Assembly: GCF_963921235.1 (NCBI RefSeq)
Contig: NC_086097.1
Span: 78,122,001-78,186,000 of the forward strand
DNA: 64,000 nt
From: Mobula hypostoma
Lineage: Eukaryota
Direction of reading: 5' to 3'
Position 1 is the stretch's first letter, and each line of letters begins with the position of its first letter. Below the pieces are notes generated by a model. It was not told the DNA's origin. It searched no databases and saw only the letters and a list, made by a program, of their open reading frames with translations. Below, one piece after another: positions 1 through 12,859 of this stretch. A program made the position numbers and the translations under genes.

Positions 1-867
1 GATTTGTTGAGGCAGTTGTTCTTGAAGATTTTGTTGGAACTTCTGTACATGGCTGATGTCTTGAAGGATATCAACATTAAATTTCTTAATAATGTTCTGA
101 TGTTGGTGTTTCCTTTTGGGCCAAATCTTCATTCTCATGGTGGACGAGATGAGCCGATGGTCTGTCCAACATTCGTCAGCACCAGTAACAGCTCTTGTTA
201 TCAGTACATCTTGTTGGGCCTGAGATCGTACGATGATGTAGTCGATGAGGTGCCAGTGTTTGGAGCGTGGATGCTGCCAGGAGACTTTGTGTCTGTTTTT
301 CTGGCGAAATACGGTGTTTGTAATCACCAGGTTGTGCACAGCACATTTTGTGAGGAGGAGTGTTCCATTGGCGTTGACCTTGCCAACTCCTTCCTTGCTT
401 ATTATTCCAGTCCAGAGCCTATGATCTTCCCGACTCTGGCATTGAAGTCTCCCAAGAGAATGATCTTGTCATTGTTGGGAACAGAGGAAAGGACGTGGTC
501 AAGTTGGGCGTAGAAGTTCGTCTTTACTTCATCTTCAGCATCCAGAGTTGGAGCGTAGGTGCTGATGATGGTAGTGTGTTGGTTCTTGACAAACTGGATT
601 CGCAGGGTCATGAGACGTTCATTGATTCCTAGTGGTTGCTCTGTCAGCTTCTGAAGAAGGCTGTTTCAGATTGCAAAACCTACTCCATGGATCCTTGGTT
701 GTTCAGGATCAAGTCCTTTCCAGAAAAAGGTGTATTGACCTTGCTCTTCCTTTAGTTGCCCTTCTCCAGCTCTGCGGGTCTCACTCAGAGCAACAATGTC
801 AAAGTTGAAATTTTGGAGTTCCCGGGCAACAAAGGCAGTTCTCCTTTCTGGTCGGTCTGAGTTTGGT
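1..867 (-). mobile_element. RTE-clade LINE fragment (AP endonuclease region), runs off window start
   Basis: ORF 402-611 (-): TIISTYAPTLDAEDEVKTNFYAQLDHVLSSVPNNDKIILLGDFNARVG has the APE motifs YAPT and LGDFNARVG typical of RTE ORFs; upstream DIVALSETR-like motif near 775-800; frameshifted. Confidence 0.85.
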
Positions 868-904
868 TTTAGAGGTTTTAGGTAATCGTCTATTAACTAA
901 CAGG

Positions 905-1736
905 AGAGACGGAGCGAAGTCAAGATGGCGCTAAACAGTGACTCCTTTGCTTGCATCTTCGGAAACAGCTTTATTCCTATCTTTGATATCTCTTTTTTTC
1001 CTTTTCAAGGTTCTTTTCAAGACCCTGACTCTGACTTCAGTTCTTTGTGGGAATGGGACCCACTCTTAGGGCCTCACGACTGGCCGCCTTTTGATATCCC
1101 AAGGACACGGCCTGGAAGGCGAGCGCGCCTTCAAGATTCCAGATTTTCATGGCTCTGGAGACGTGCTGATTCTAGGCCGGTGCCCCTGACTGAAGCTTCG
1201 GGGGAGTACACAGAACATCTGGAGCAGCGGGCTAGCTGCCGGGAGTTGTGCATCCAGAGAGCTGAGCCTTTTTGGTGCCGACTCCCCGGGCACAGAGCTC
1301 GGAAAAAGCGACATGACAGACTTTTAACATCATAAATCAGCGAGCTGTTTGTTATGTCTCCCCTCTCTCTGTGAAATGGAGACATCTCTTTTTCCCTTAT
1401 TAGGGAGAGAGAGAGCCTGTCGTACGGTGAATTGCCGGGTGAACGATTAGGTTTTGGGGTACTGCAAGTCTGTGTCTTTATTGATGCTTGCTGCATGCTT
1501 AAGTGCCCAGTGGAGTGTGCTGATGCTTTTTTGCTGGTGTGGGTGGGGGTGGTCGTTGCCTTGCTGCTGCTCGTGCGTGGGAGTGGGGAGCAGGGGGGTG
1601 CTTTGGGGTTCTAATGTTTTAACTGTCAGTCGTTCTTTGGGGCACTCCTCTGTTTTCATGGATATTTGCGAAGAAAGAGAATTTCAGGATGTATATTGTA
1701 TACATTTCTCTTGACATTAAATGTACCTATTGAGAC
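905..1736 (+). mobile_element. Non-autonomous retroposon (CAAGATGGCG 5' start, Rex1/Babar-like 3' tail)
   Basis: Begins GTCAAGATGGCGC, no coding capacity, ends gtatattgtatacatttctcttgacattaaatgtacctattga; a related copy with the same layout lies at ~61960-62725. Confidence 0.55.
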
Positions 1737-2777
1737 CCCAAATGAAAAACAATCACCACTCTAGCCCATCACTGAATTATCTTACTATGTACGGGACACA
1801 GTGGAATCATCAGGAGCTTCCATTTTTGGCCTGCCGATGTGCTGGGGAGTATTTGTGTGACCCATATTCCCATTGCTCTGTGTATGACCTTCAGCTCTCA
1901 GTAGCGGAAGCAATATTTCATAAAACATCAACATTTCTTGTTCCAAATCAGTCTTTTTATTGCATGTTTACAGCACTAGAAGGAATTCATAGCATTCGAT
2001 TTAACTTAGTAATACCTCACCTTATTTCACTTCAGTGCTTAATTAATCCAAACTGGGATTTATGCTCACAAAAATATTTTAAAAATATTTTATTGATAGA
2101 TGTCAGTGGTAAGTTATTGTTGAAATACTGATTACAACACATTTCAAACAAGTTTAAAAATAACCTTCAAAATGAAAAGTACACAACACAGTGAACCTTT
2201 AAACTCTTTACCAAGTGATAACAGGACACTGCAGCACAGAAGTTTAAGTTCGTGTTGCACAAGGAAACAATTCCAAGCTCCTGTCTCTTAAATCTTCTTT
2301 ATTTCTCAATAATCAGTTTATTTGTCATCATTTTTGTTGAGGAACCAAACAGAAAAAAATATAATAAATTTAAAATCAAAAGTTAAGAAAGAGAGAAAGA
2401 ATAAGTTCTGTTGCAAAAAAGAGCTAGGTGGGAATTTAGAAGATATATTTAAAAACATCAGCCGTGAGGCCAGCCAGCAGTTCAGTGAAGGGAATAAAAA
2501 GTATTTCCCAACTTTGGAAATCTTTGGCCTGGTTCCACTGATTCCAAACACATTGCTTTGCAGGTCTGCATGTCTTCCCGACTCCCCCGTGCTGCAGCCT
2601 AGTCTAATCATTCATTAGGAATCCAGCAAAGGACACAGAATGGTCATGACAGTGGTATGGGGGTAGGGAAAAAATTGTGCTTGTTTGAGCAGATTGGACT
2701 GTTCATTAACTCTAACTATGCTGCAAAGAGAAAAATAACTGTTTTACTATTCCCATTTATTTGGGTGTAACGGTCAT

Positions 2778-3012
2778 TGAGTCATGGAATTGTGGAGCGT
2801 GAAAACAGGCCCTTCGGCCCAACTAATCCGTGCAACCAAGCTGTCACTGAGGTTGTCCCGTTTCCCCATATTTGGCTCCTGTCTCTCTAAATCTTTCCTA
2901 TCCATACACCTGCTCAATGTCTTTGAAACTATATAATTTTAAAGTTACTTTGTAAAGTTAAATTCTAAAGAGCCTTCACTATGTCTTTTGACAACTTATT
3001 CCATGTGTGCAC
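2778..3012 (-). mobile_element. Degenerate CR1 LINE 3' end
   Basis: aaacaggcccttcggcccaac...aaatctttcctatccatacacctg resembles the CR1 3' ends at 53772-54000 and 63529-63700. Confidence 0.6.
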
Positions 3013-3019
3013 TTTACAT

Positions 3020-4295
3020 TAGACTATTTTGTTGTGGACTACAGCTCCGCCTTGAATACTGTCCAGGCAAATCCATGTCCAACCTTCTAGACCTGGGACT
3101 CAGAACCTCCCTTTGCAGCTAAATCCTTGACTTCCTGATCAATAGACTACAATTAGTAAGGATAGCCAACAACAGCTCCACCAGATTTTATCCTCAACAC
3201 TGGTGTCCCACAAGGCAGCATCCTCCGTCCCCTACAGCTCCCTGTAGCCTCAGCACTGCGTGCCTTATACTAAGATAATGGGCCATATCTTAAATAATAA
3301 TGAATTGGAGTACAGAAAAGAGATATAGAACACAGTGACTTGGTGTCCTGAAGGTAATCTTACCCTCAGTGTCATCAAAGCAAAAGAACAGAACATTGAC
3401 TTCAAGATGAGAGAGATTACATGCTCCCGTTTACATCAATAGTGCTGAGGTTGAGAGAATTTAGAGTTTCAAGTTCCTGGGAGTGAACATCAAAATAGTC
3501 TGTTCTCTCTGACCACGTGGACACTATGGCCAAGAATTTGTACCAGCACCTCTAATTCCTCAGGAGGGTAAAGAAATTTGGTATGATCTGCTTAATCCTT
3601 GCCATCTTTACTGAGGCACTATAGAAAGCATCCGAAGTACCGAAGATTCTGCAGATGCTGGAAATCCAGAGTAAAACTGCACAAAATGCTAGAAAAACAC
3701 AGCAGGTCAGGCAGTATCTATGGAGAGGAATAAACAGTCAACGGTTCAAGTTAGAGCCCCTTCATCAGGAGCAAAAGTGCCATTTCTGGATGCATCATGG
3801 CTTGGTCTGGCAACTGCTCATGCCAAGGCAACACAAACTTGCAACGAGTCGTGGACCCATCACGGAAACTAAGCTTCCCTCCGTAGACTGTGGCTATACT
3901 TCTTGCTGCTTTGGTAAAGTGGCTACATAATCAAAGTCCTCACCCATCCCAGGCATTCTCTCATCTCTCCCCTCCCATTATGCAGAAGATACAAAAGCCT
4001 GAAAGAATGTACTACCAGGATCAAGGCCAGCTTCCATCTTGCTATTATAAGAAAATTTAAATGTTCCCTGTATGATAACATGGTCTCTTAACTTCAAATC
4101 TACCTTGTTATGGCCTTGCACCTTATTGTCTGCCTGCACTACACTTTCTTGTATCTATAAGATTTTATTCTGTATTCCATTAATGCTTAACCTAGTACTA
4201 CCTCAATTCACCGATGTGATGAAATTATTTGTACAGATGGCATAGAAAACAAGTTTTCCCTCTGTATTTTGGCACATGTGACAATAATAAACTGA
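3020..4295 (+). mobile_element. Degenerate Rex1/Babar-type LINE 3' half
   Basis: Decayed motifs ctcaacactggtgtcccacaagg (TGxPQG) and ttcaagttcctgggagtgaacat (FKFLGVNI); 3' tail catgtgacaataataaac; interrupted by a PLE terminal repeat at ~3640-3770. Confidence 0.65.
3640..3770 (-). mobile_element. Penelope-like terminal repeat (pLTR/SINE-like) fragment
   Basis: ctgcagatgctggaaatccaga...cagcaggtcaggcagtatctatggaga...cttcatcagga is the reverse complement of the 3' terminus of the PLE at 19500-19637. Confidence 0.65.
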
Positions 4296-7099
4296 TATCA
4301 ATATCTAATACCCTCTAGGTGTAAAAGATTTTCCCCTCAGATTCCTTTTAAATCTTTCCCCTCTCAACTCATGTGAATCCTTCATTATAGGGTGAAATTC
4401 CTCTGAGGCATTGAGGAGAGAGAACATAAATTAAGCAACAATGAATCAGAAGCCGTATTCCCAAGCTGCCCATTACTTTTTCTTCAACCGCATGATGTCA
4501 GGTACATATGTGACAAATAAAGCTAATCTAATCTAATTAATCGGTGCACATATCTGTCATAACAATGGCAGCTGCCAAAAATAATGAAAAGCTGTTGAAC
4601 TTTCTGTGACTATGGACCATCGTTCTCTCTGACATTATAAGGATCGCCCCAAATATCTGCTGAAAACGCACAGAAAACATTTCACTACATTGATTTACTG
4701 TGAACATCAACGGATTGTTATGACATGGGTAACACATAGGGTGAGGCTCAAACTTATAAACTTTTTATACATTGGGAAGAGCTACGTCAACTATGTCAAG
4801 GCTGACACACAATTAAAGAAGCTATCCATCAAAAGGCTCTCAGCAATATGTATCAGAGATTTTCTAACATGCTCTTGGGTTCTGCCTGAATCAAATGGAT
4901 ACCACAGCTAGTCCACCTCCTCTGCCTCCTCTTAGAGCCCTGCAAATTTTTTCCTTCCAAATGTTTATCCAGCTCAAATTTGAGTTCTACAATGGATCGA
5001 CCTCCAACACCACACCTGGCAGTCCAAGTTCCGATTCTATCGCTGCATTTAAAAATTTCTTGTGATATTTGTGATCTTTTGTCTTTCTATATCCTCTGAT
5101 CCTTGTGGACTGTTTCTCTTAATCTTCTCGAACTTTTTAAATACTTTTTATCAGATCTCCTTTCAATCTTCTCCAGTTCATCCACACAACAAAAGCCGTT
5201 CATCTCCAGAGTTACTCCAGTAGACCTCTCTTGCACTCTCTTGAACTAAAGCCTTCCCTTACTTCTTAAGGCATGACAGAACTGTACATAATGTTCCAAC
5301 TGTGGAATAAAATAACATTTAGTCAACATCCATTGTGACTTATTTGCTTGTAATAAGGAACCGTCAGGTTTGTTTGGCTCCAGGCTTGTTCCATAACTGA
5401 ACACCACGTAGTAGTGAGAGTAATGCCTCCTGGCTTCCAGATCAAGATCAGCAGTCTTATGCAACAAAATGCCCAAGCCAAGGCAAGTTCAGTTAATTCA
5501 AAGGGAATTTCCTCCCAGTGTCTGTTGAAAAAGTTATGAGCTGGACATCAGTCCTCACAGATTCAGGACATATTCAGTGAATTCCTAAGAGCCCTGTTCT
5601 TGGATCAACTCAAGCACTTGAGCAACCATCCTCCTGCAGCCAAAAAATTAAGAGGGGAACGGTTTGCTGGTAGTTCCATTCAGTACAACTTCGCTGAGCT
5701 CACACTCCCCTGCCACAGAACCTGGATAACACCTAGATTCAGGTTAATAAGTAACAGGTGGCAAAGACTAAACAGTAAAGAAAATCATGGAGTCAACTGA
5801 TTCATCTTGTTATAGCTCCAAAGAACTTTTGGAGACTAAGGGATTCAAGTGATATCTGGTCCAAATGGAAAAATAGATTAGAGGATCAATTATAATCTTA
5901 TTTAACAACAAAACTGGCTCAAGGGGCTATATGACTTAATTCTTCTTAAATTTCTTATATTCTTTTACTCTTATACAGATTTATCTGTAAATCATTAGTT
6001 TAATTTTGTGGCCAGCATGTGAAGCATTCAGCTCAGAATCTCTTCCATATCATCAGTGCTCCTCAAAGAAAAAAAACATAGATCCCAACTGAACATCTTT
6101 CAGTGTGTAATTAAAGTAGGTAATGAATTCTCGGCCAAGTATCCTTCCATAACTCAGCAAGTACACTGGGCAGGTCAAACTCCCAAATGGCTCTTTGAGC
6201 TGTTGTAGCCAAACTCAGAAATGAAGCAAACACCCTTGAGTTTTGCAGTGGCCTCATGCTGGACATAAATTGCTCTGTAAGCAAATGGCCAGACATGTAC
6301 ATCTCTATCACAATCAAAGAAAGAATTAGTAAAGTGCTTATGGAATTTGATACAGTGACTCCAATGTAAATTAGTCTCAAATTGATAAAAAAAAACGTTT
6401 AGCACCCCACAGCTACACATTTGGTAAATTTTTCCCATATTATCCCATTCCTTAAAATTATTGGGCACTCAGTCTTGCTAGCAATCACATCAGATCATTT
6501 TGAGAAAGGCTTTGCTTAAAATGTTAGCAATGGTTTCAAAATAAAAAATCAGAAAAGATGAGAACCAAGTGGAAAATAACAGCTTGATGATATCAGGAGG
6601 GACAGTTGTGATTCCTCCCATCACTGAACAGTATTTAGATGAAAGCAATAATGGGACTTGCCCTCCCTGCAATGGATATTTTCAAGGTGTGGTAGTTAAT
6701 TCTCCTCACAAGTACTCTTCCACCTTGACTTTCTCCACCCCGTCTTAGAGCTGATGCCTCAGGCAGCTGTTCACGCCGCTGTTTTTGCCACCTCAGGGAT
6801 ATCAAAGTGTGCTTGGGCTTCCTGTAGGAATTATTTATACCTAGAAGATTTATCCTCTTAAATAAGGCATTGTAATTGCCATATCCCACTGTGGTATAGA
6901 GCAATTAACACTATGCAGTCCAAGATTATTTTGTGCCTTTGTTACTAATGGGCTACACAGGTTCATTCGCCGAGGCAATCTGGTTTATAATATTTCCTAA
7001 CTGTGGTACTCTGCAGGACAGAGTGATCAGCAACCTTGAAGAAAATGGCCCATGACCACATTTTTCTCAGAGAATTGTAAATGTTAACAACTGTTTAGT

Positions 7100-7412
7100 G
7101 TCATAAAGAACTACAGTATAGAAACAGGTCCTTCAACCCATCTAGTCCATGCCAAACAATATTTCTGCCCAGTTCCATTCACCTGCACCTACTTGGACCA
7201 CAGCCCCCTATTTCACTCCCATCCATCTACTTACCCAAACTTTTCTTAAATGCTGAATTTGAACTCACATTCACCACATCTGCTAGCAGCTCATTCCACA
7301 ATCTCATCCCCCTCTGAGTGAAGATGTTCCCCCCATGTTCCCCTTAAATGTTTCACTTTTCACCTTTAACACATAACCTCTGGTTCTAGTCTTATCCAAC
7401 CTCAGTGGAAAA
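7100..7412 (-). mobile_element. CR1 LINE 3' end
   Basis: Colinear with the CR1 3' end at 53790-54095 (tacagtatagaaacaggtcc...ctcagtggaaaaa). Confidence 0.7.
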
Positions 7413-7414
7413 AT

Positions 7415-9845
7415 TGAGATGCTGGAAGGCCAGAGCAACACACACAAGGTGCTGGCAGAATTCAGCAGGTCAGGCAGCAACTATGGAAAAGAGTAAGCAG
7501 TCAATATTTTGGGCTGAGACACTTCATCATGACAGGAGAGGAGGAGGGGTGGGGGGAAGAAGCCAAAATAAGAAGGTGGGGGAGGAGAGGAGGACAAGCT
7601 CGAAGGTGATAGGTAGCAACAGTTGGGTGGGAATGTAGTAATAAACTGGGAGCTGATAAGTGGAAAAGGCAAAGGGCTGGAGAAAAAGGAATCTGATTGG
7701 GGAGGAGAGTGGATCATAGGAGAAAGGGAAGTGGGAGGGGCTCCAGGAGGAGGTGATATGCAGGTGAGGAAATGAGGTAATAGGTCAGAGTGGGAAAAGG
7801 ACGAAGAGGGAAGAGAGAGCCAAACAAAAAAACAGAAGTTGGAGAAATTACTGTTCATGCCATCAGGTTGGCATGAACGATTGGCATCGTTTGTAAGCAC
7901 CCCTCACCGGGCTCATATGCAAACTTGGCTTGGAAACCAGCTCTGCTGAGAGCCACAGTGGCTCAGTGGTGAGAAGGCCACCTTTCCTGAACAACATATG
8001 TCTAGGGTCAGTACGATTTGGGGACCAACCAAATAGGAAAGTTGGGATGTTCTGATTAATGGAACCCCAATTTGAGCAGATGCTGTGTAAATATGGCCCA
8101 TACACAATCATCAGTGAGCAAGAAATAACAGATAGTACACCGCATACAATTATAAGGAAAGTTTAATTACTAATTTCAGCTTTATTAAACAGTTATTAAG
8201 AGAAAGAAAAGAAAGAAAATAAAAAAATAAAAGGGCCCATTACAGTTAAACCAGTCTAAGTTGCACACTGCATTGGAGCTTGTATTGTCCAAAGCCGAGT
8301 ATGACCATTTCTACAACACTAAACTCTTATCACCATTCACCGGTAGAGGTTTCCATCTTAGACTCCTTCATCTTGTGAAGCACTTCTTGTAATCGTGTCA
8401 TCCATCGGATCAAATCCTACGGCTGCCTCTTCCAACCTTCTCTTCTCTGCATCTCCCACAAAAAAGACCACAAACTCCATCAGTGACCATCACAAATCTC
8501 TCTCCATCAAGCTCACTCTAGAACCTTATTCCAGTTCCACCATCCTGATTGGCTGACACAACACTCCTAAGTTGAACATCATAGCCCTTTCTGCCGAAAC
8601 AAAAACATTCTACCAGGAGGACACACTGCTTTTACTGAAAGCTACGAAGTGAAACACCCCACAGAATTAGCAGTGGAAATCTTAACAAGGGCATTACACT
8701 AGACAGAATATGAGGTGGCGCTCCTCCAACCTGAGAATGGCCTCTTTGTGGCAGAAGAGAAAACCATGGACTGACATGTCAGAACAGGAATGGGGATAGG
8801 AATTGAAATGGTTGGCCACCAGAAAATTTTGTTTTTTGTAGATGGAGCTGAGGTGCTTGACAAGCAGTCCTCCGATCTACATTGGGTCTCAGCAATGTAG
8901 AGGAGGCCACACCAGGATAAAATAGATCACCCTAACAGATTCACATGCAAAGAGCTGCCTCAGCTGATAGGTTTGTTTGGGGCTTTGCATGGAGGTGAGA
9001 GAGGAGGTGAATGTGCAGGCGTAGCACTTCTGCCATTTGCAGGGATAAGTGCTGGGAGGGCGATTAGTGGGGAGGGAGGAATGGACAAGGGAATTATGGA
9101 TGGAGTTGGCCCTGTGGAAGGTGGAGAGTGGGGCTGTAGAGACGTGTTTGATGGTAGGGACGTGTTGAAGATGGCAGAAGCTATGGAGAATGATGTGATA
9201 GATGTGCAGGCTCATGCAATGGCAGGTGAAGACAAAAGGAACTCCATTCCTGTTAAAGTGGAGAAAAGATGGGGTGAGCGCTGACGTCTGGGAAAGGAAG
9301 GAGATGTGGGTGAGGGCAGCATCAATGATGGAGGAAGAAGAACCCCATTCTTTGAAGAAGGACATCTCTGATGGATGCCCTGGAATTAAAAGAATCATCC
9401 TGGGAACAGATGTGGTAGAGACAAAAGTAACTGAGAAAAGTAAATGACATTTTTACAGGAAGCAGGGTGGGAAGAGGTATAGTCAGTAAAGCCATGGGAA
9501 TTGGTGTGTCTATAAAAGATATCGGTAGATAGTTTGTCTCCAGTGATGGAGACACAGAGATCGAAAAAGGAGAAAGAGGTGCCAGAATTGGACCAAGTGA
9601 ATTTAAGGGCAAGGTGGAAGTTGAAGGTAAAGTTGATGAAATTGATGGATTCAGCATGAATGCTTGAAGCAGCACCAATGCAATTGTCAACGTAGTGTAG
9701 AAAAAGTTGGGGAGTATTACCCAGGAAGACTTGGAACATGTCCAAAAAAATGCAGGCAGAGCTGGGACCCATGTGTGTGCCCATGGCTACGTCTGAGTTT
9801 TGAGAAACTGAGATGAGCTGAAAGAGAAATTGCTGAGAATTGGGT
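7415..9845 (-). mobile_element. Penelope-like element (RT C-terminus + GIY-YIG endonuclease + terminal repeat), interrupted by an LTR-like insert
   Basis: ORF 9395-9865: VAMGTHMGPSSACIF, LFLHYVDNCIG, FHLALKFTW, DYTSSHP (PLE RT). ORF 8889-9398: TYPCKWQKCYAC...FACESVRVIY (Cys motif leading into GIY-YIG). Terminal repeat at 7415-7535. Confidence 0.85.
7892..8698 (-). mobile_element. Probable solo LTR inserted in the PLE
   Basis: ~807 bp non-coding insert with TG...CA termini and imperfect terminal inverted repeats (tgtaagcaccc / gggcattaca); AATAAA on the minus strand near 8180-8187; PLE sequence resumes at 8699; no clean TSD. Confidence 0.55.
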
Positions 9846-10445
9846 GAACACATCATTCTCCCCAACTTCTGCCATCTCTAAAGAGATCTTAACACCAAAC
9901 ACACCCTTGCCACCACATCCCCCCCCCCACCATCTCTCCATTCCACAGGGATCCCTCCCTCAATGATTCCCTTGTCCATTTGTCCCTCCCCACTAATCTC
10001 CTTCCCGGCACTTATCCCTGCAAGCAACCAAAGTGCTATACCTGCCTATTCACCTCCTTCCTCACCTCCATTCAGGGCCCCAAACAGTCCTTCCAGATGA
10101 GGCAACACTTCACCTGCATATCTTCTGTCTTTTGTATCCAGTGCTCCCAGTGAAAATTAGGGAGATCTTTTCAATGAGCACCACAGTTCCATCCTCCAAA
10201 AGCTGAACTTTCTAGTGGCCCAACATTTTAATTCCCATTCCCATTCCAACATGTGGGTCCATGGCCTCCTCTTGTGCCACAACCCACCCCACCCACCTGG
10301 CTTCACCTACTACATTTTAACTATCCTTCTTCGTCTTCCCCCACCTTTTTGTCCTGGTGTTTTCCACTTCCTTTCCCAGTCCTAAAGAAGGGACTTGACC
10401 CATAAATGCTGCCTGACCTGCTGAGTTACTCCAGCATTTTGTGTC
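9846..10445 (+). mobile_element. Penelope-like element 3' part, inverted relative to 7415-9845
   Basis: ggcacttatccctgcaagcaaccaaagtgctatacctgc (GTYPCKQPKCYTC) followed by a terminal repeat ending ccagcattttgtgtc; head-to-head with the minus copy. Confidence 0.8.
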
Positions 10446-12859
10446 TGCCAGATGGAGGGGAACTGGTCAAGTTTGTTGTCAAGAAATAAATGGAGAGCTT
10501 TAAGGCCTTTTTAATCAGGAACTATGAACCTGAAAATATCTCTGAATGCCTTTGATTCAGTCTCTCTGGACTTCCAGCCTCTCACAAGCATTTGTCTTGC
10601 TCTTCATGCAACCTAAAATATATTCAGTTTTTAATCCTTCCCCTAGTTCTAATAAAAAGTTATTACACTGAAATTTTAAGTCTGACTTTCTTTCCACGGA
10701 TGCTACCTGACCAACTGAGTATATCGAGACTTTACTGTTTTCAATGAATTTTACACCACTGAAATTGTGTTATCACATACATCAGGTATTAGGCTCATAT
10801 GTCAGAGTCCTGAGTGTCTTAGTGGATATTTCCAGGGGATAAAGAGGAGGAATCACTGAAGAATCTACTCATAAATCAAAGCCCTTTTCATTTCAACATT
10901 TAGTTTTAAGTCTCTGGGTGCTACATTAACTATCATTGGTCACCAGCATTAAGTATGATTGCTTCACTAACAATGCAAACTTCCAAGCATAAGTGTTGAT
11001 TCTCAACCAATTGCAATTCTCAATTCAATGAAAATTGATCTCTATCAATAATTGTTTCCTGCTTCCCCTCTAAAGTCTTTAATCACACGGTTATCCATTA
11101 TCTTCACCACACTAGAAAGCTAGAAAGCACAAAATATTATTCAGCAGGTGAGCAGGACAGCACTGAACATCATTGGGACACATCTATCAGATATGGAAAA
11201 CATCTACAAACTCCCGATGGACTCATTCCACCCCACTTGTTTGATCTCCTATCATCTGGAAGAAGATACAGAAACATCTCTGCACAGACATCCTGACTGA
11301 GAAATAACTTATTCCCCCTGAGGTTGTCATGCAATTGAACAATGCTCACCCCATCTCCCCATAGTCCATAGGCATGCAAAACATGGGCATAATTCTTGAT
11401 GTAAAGGCAAATTAATTCTTGAAGGAAGCAAATTATATTTATATAGCATGTTTTAGAACTATGGGACAACATACAACTCTTCACAATTACGTACAATTTT
11501 AATTGTGGGAAAGACAGCAAAAATTTGATGTAAATCAATATCCCAAACAATAATAATCCTCTTCTGTGGAGAGATAAATGTTAACCACTATATACAGCGG
11601 ACTCATCTGCTCTTCTCTGAATAGCCCATGGATTCCTGACAAATTTATAAGACCCAAGAAGATTATGTACTCATGCTTCTGGGTAGCAGCTTGAACCTAT
11701 GACTTTTTGACCAAAGAGAAACAAGTACACTAGTCCAAGCCTGATTCAAGCTCACAGTGAATAGGTCAAACAAATAAATCAGATTTCATTCCATGTGCAT
11801 CCTACGCTAATCAATGGGACATGTGCTGCACATCGGTTTGCAAGACTCAACACATCTTCTAATACCCAAACAAGTGGATACTCATAGAGATAACAGGAAA
11901 AGAATGTGCCTGCACAAAAGTCAAGCACAGGAGAAGGACAGAAACTCCTTTTTCATGACAGAATTGATTTATAGGGTTTACAATTTTGATGCACAGGTGT
12001 TTTGTGTAAATCTATCTTTGTGTCCTACGACTGAACACATACTTTAAAAATTATATGCAGTTACATACATTCTACCCTCTTGGGAATTTAGCATAGAAGT
12101 AGACATGATCTCCTAATCAGACTAAGGTTTATACTGAGTTTGGCGGGGGATAGTTTCAGACAGAGGGTGGAAGGTTTAACCTCAACTCAAAATTTCCATC
12201 AGTTTTGGCATGTGCTGCAAATGCGGACAACAAAGAGAAAATCATGTGAACAGTGAGCACTGACACACGGTCCCAAGAAATGCTTTGATCTCTATGGCAA
12301 CAATCCTCCAGAATGGTCCGCTGACTCTCAACGGGTAAGGGAACCATCAAGTCGGATCAGATTCAGGGAACGTGGCACCCATCTCAACTATCAGTTTTCA
12401 CTGTGCTCTAAAATGCAGGGTAATCTGAGGAATCACACATGGATGCAAATAGAAACAAAACTCCACTTACTCAGTTGTCGAAGGCCAGGCAAAACCAGTC
12501 TGCAGAGGAAGAGTAATTTTAGTTTTAGAATTTTGCTCATCTATTAGTCACATAAATCTCTAGTTATTTACCAAAATAATTCCAAAATGGCTGATTATGA
12601 CCCAGGGAGAACTTAACAGTGGAGTTGTCCATGTGCACTTATTGGCCTTCTCTTTTCAAGCAATCGAGGACAGAAGATGTTGCAGTGTTGTGGGAAGAGA
12701 GTTCAACCCAGAACGATGGGAGATGGTATGAGAAGATGAATGCTCAAGCAAGCAAATGAGAGGCTGATCTAGTGGGCAGCAATGTCCTAATATGATGAGT
12801 GTTCTTTTCAAATTAATCCTCGGTATATAGGTGTAACTAAAAAGGCGGGTATTCATTTC

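Noticed and set aside
4..513. 169-aa plus-strand ORF and similar ORFs opposite LINEs (e.g. 21250-21720, 22692-23207, 27889-28644, 54462-54752)
   Set aside because: Antisense shadows of retroelement ORF2; no independent protein motifs.
1781..2620. Possible minus-strand coding exons (DLEQEMLMFYEILLPLLR; ORF 2318-2611)
   Set aside because: In-frame stop just after the best acceptor, weak splice signals, no recognisable homology.
6111..6380. Possible terminal coding exon (EQFMSSMRPLQ...WPRIHYLL*)
   Set aside because: Plausible acceptor but no recognisable protein and no linked upstream exon; cannot be supported.
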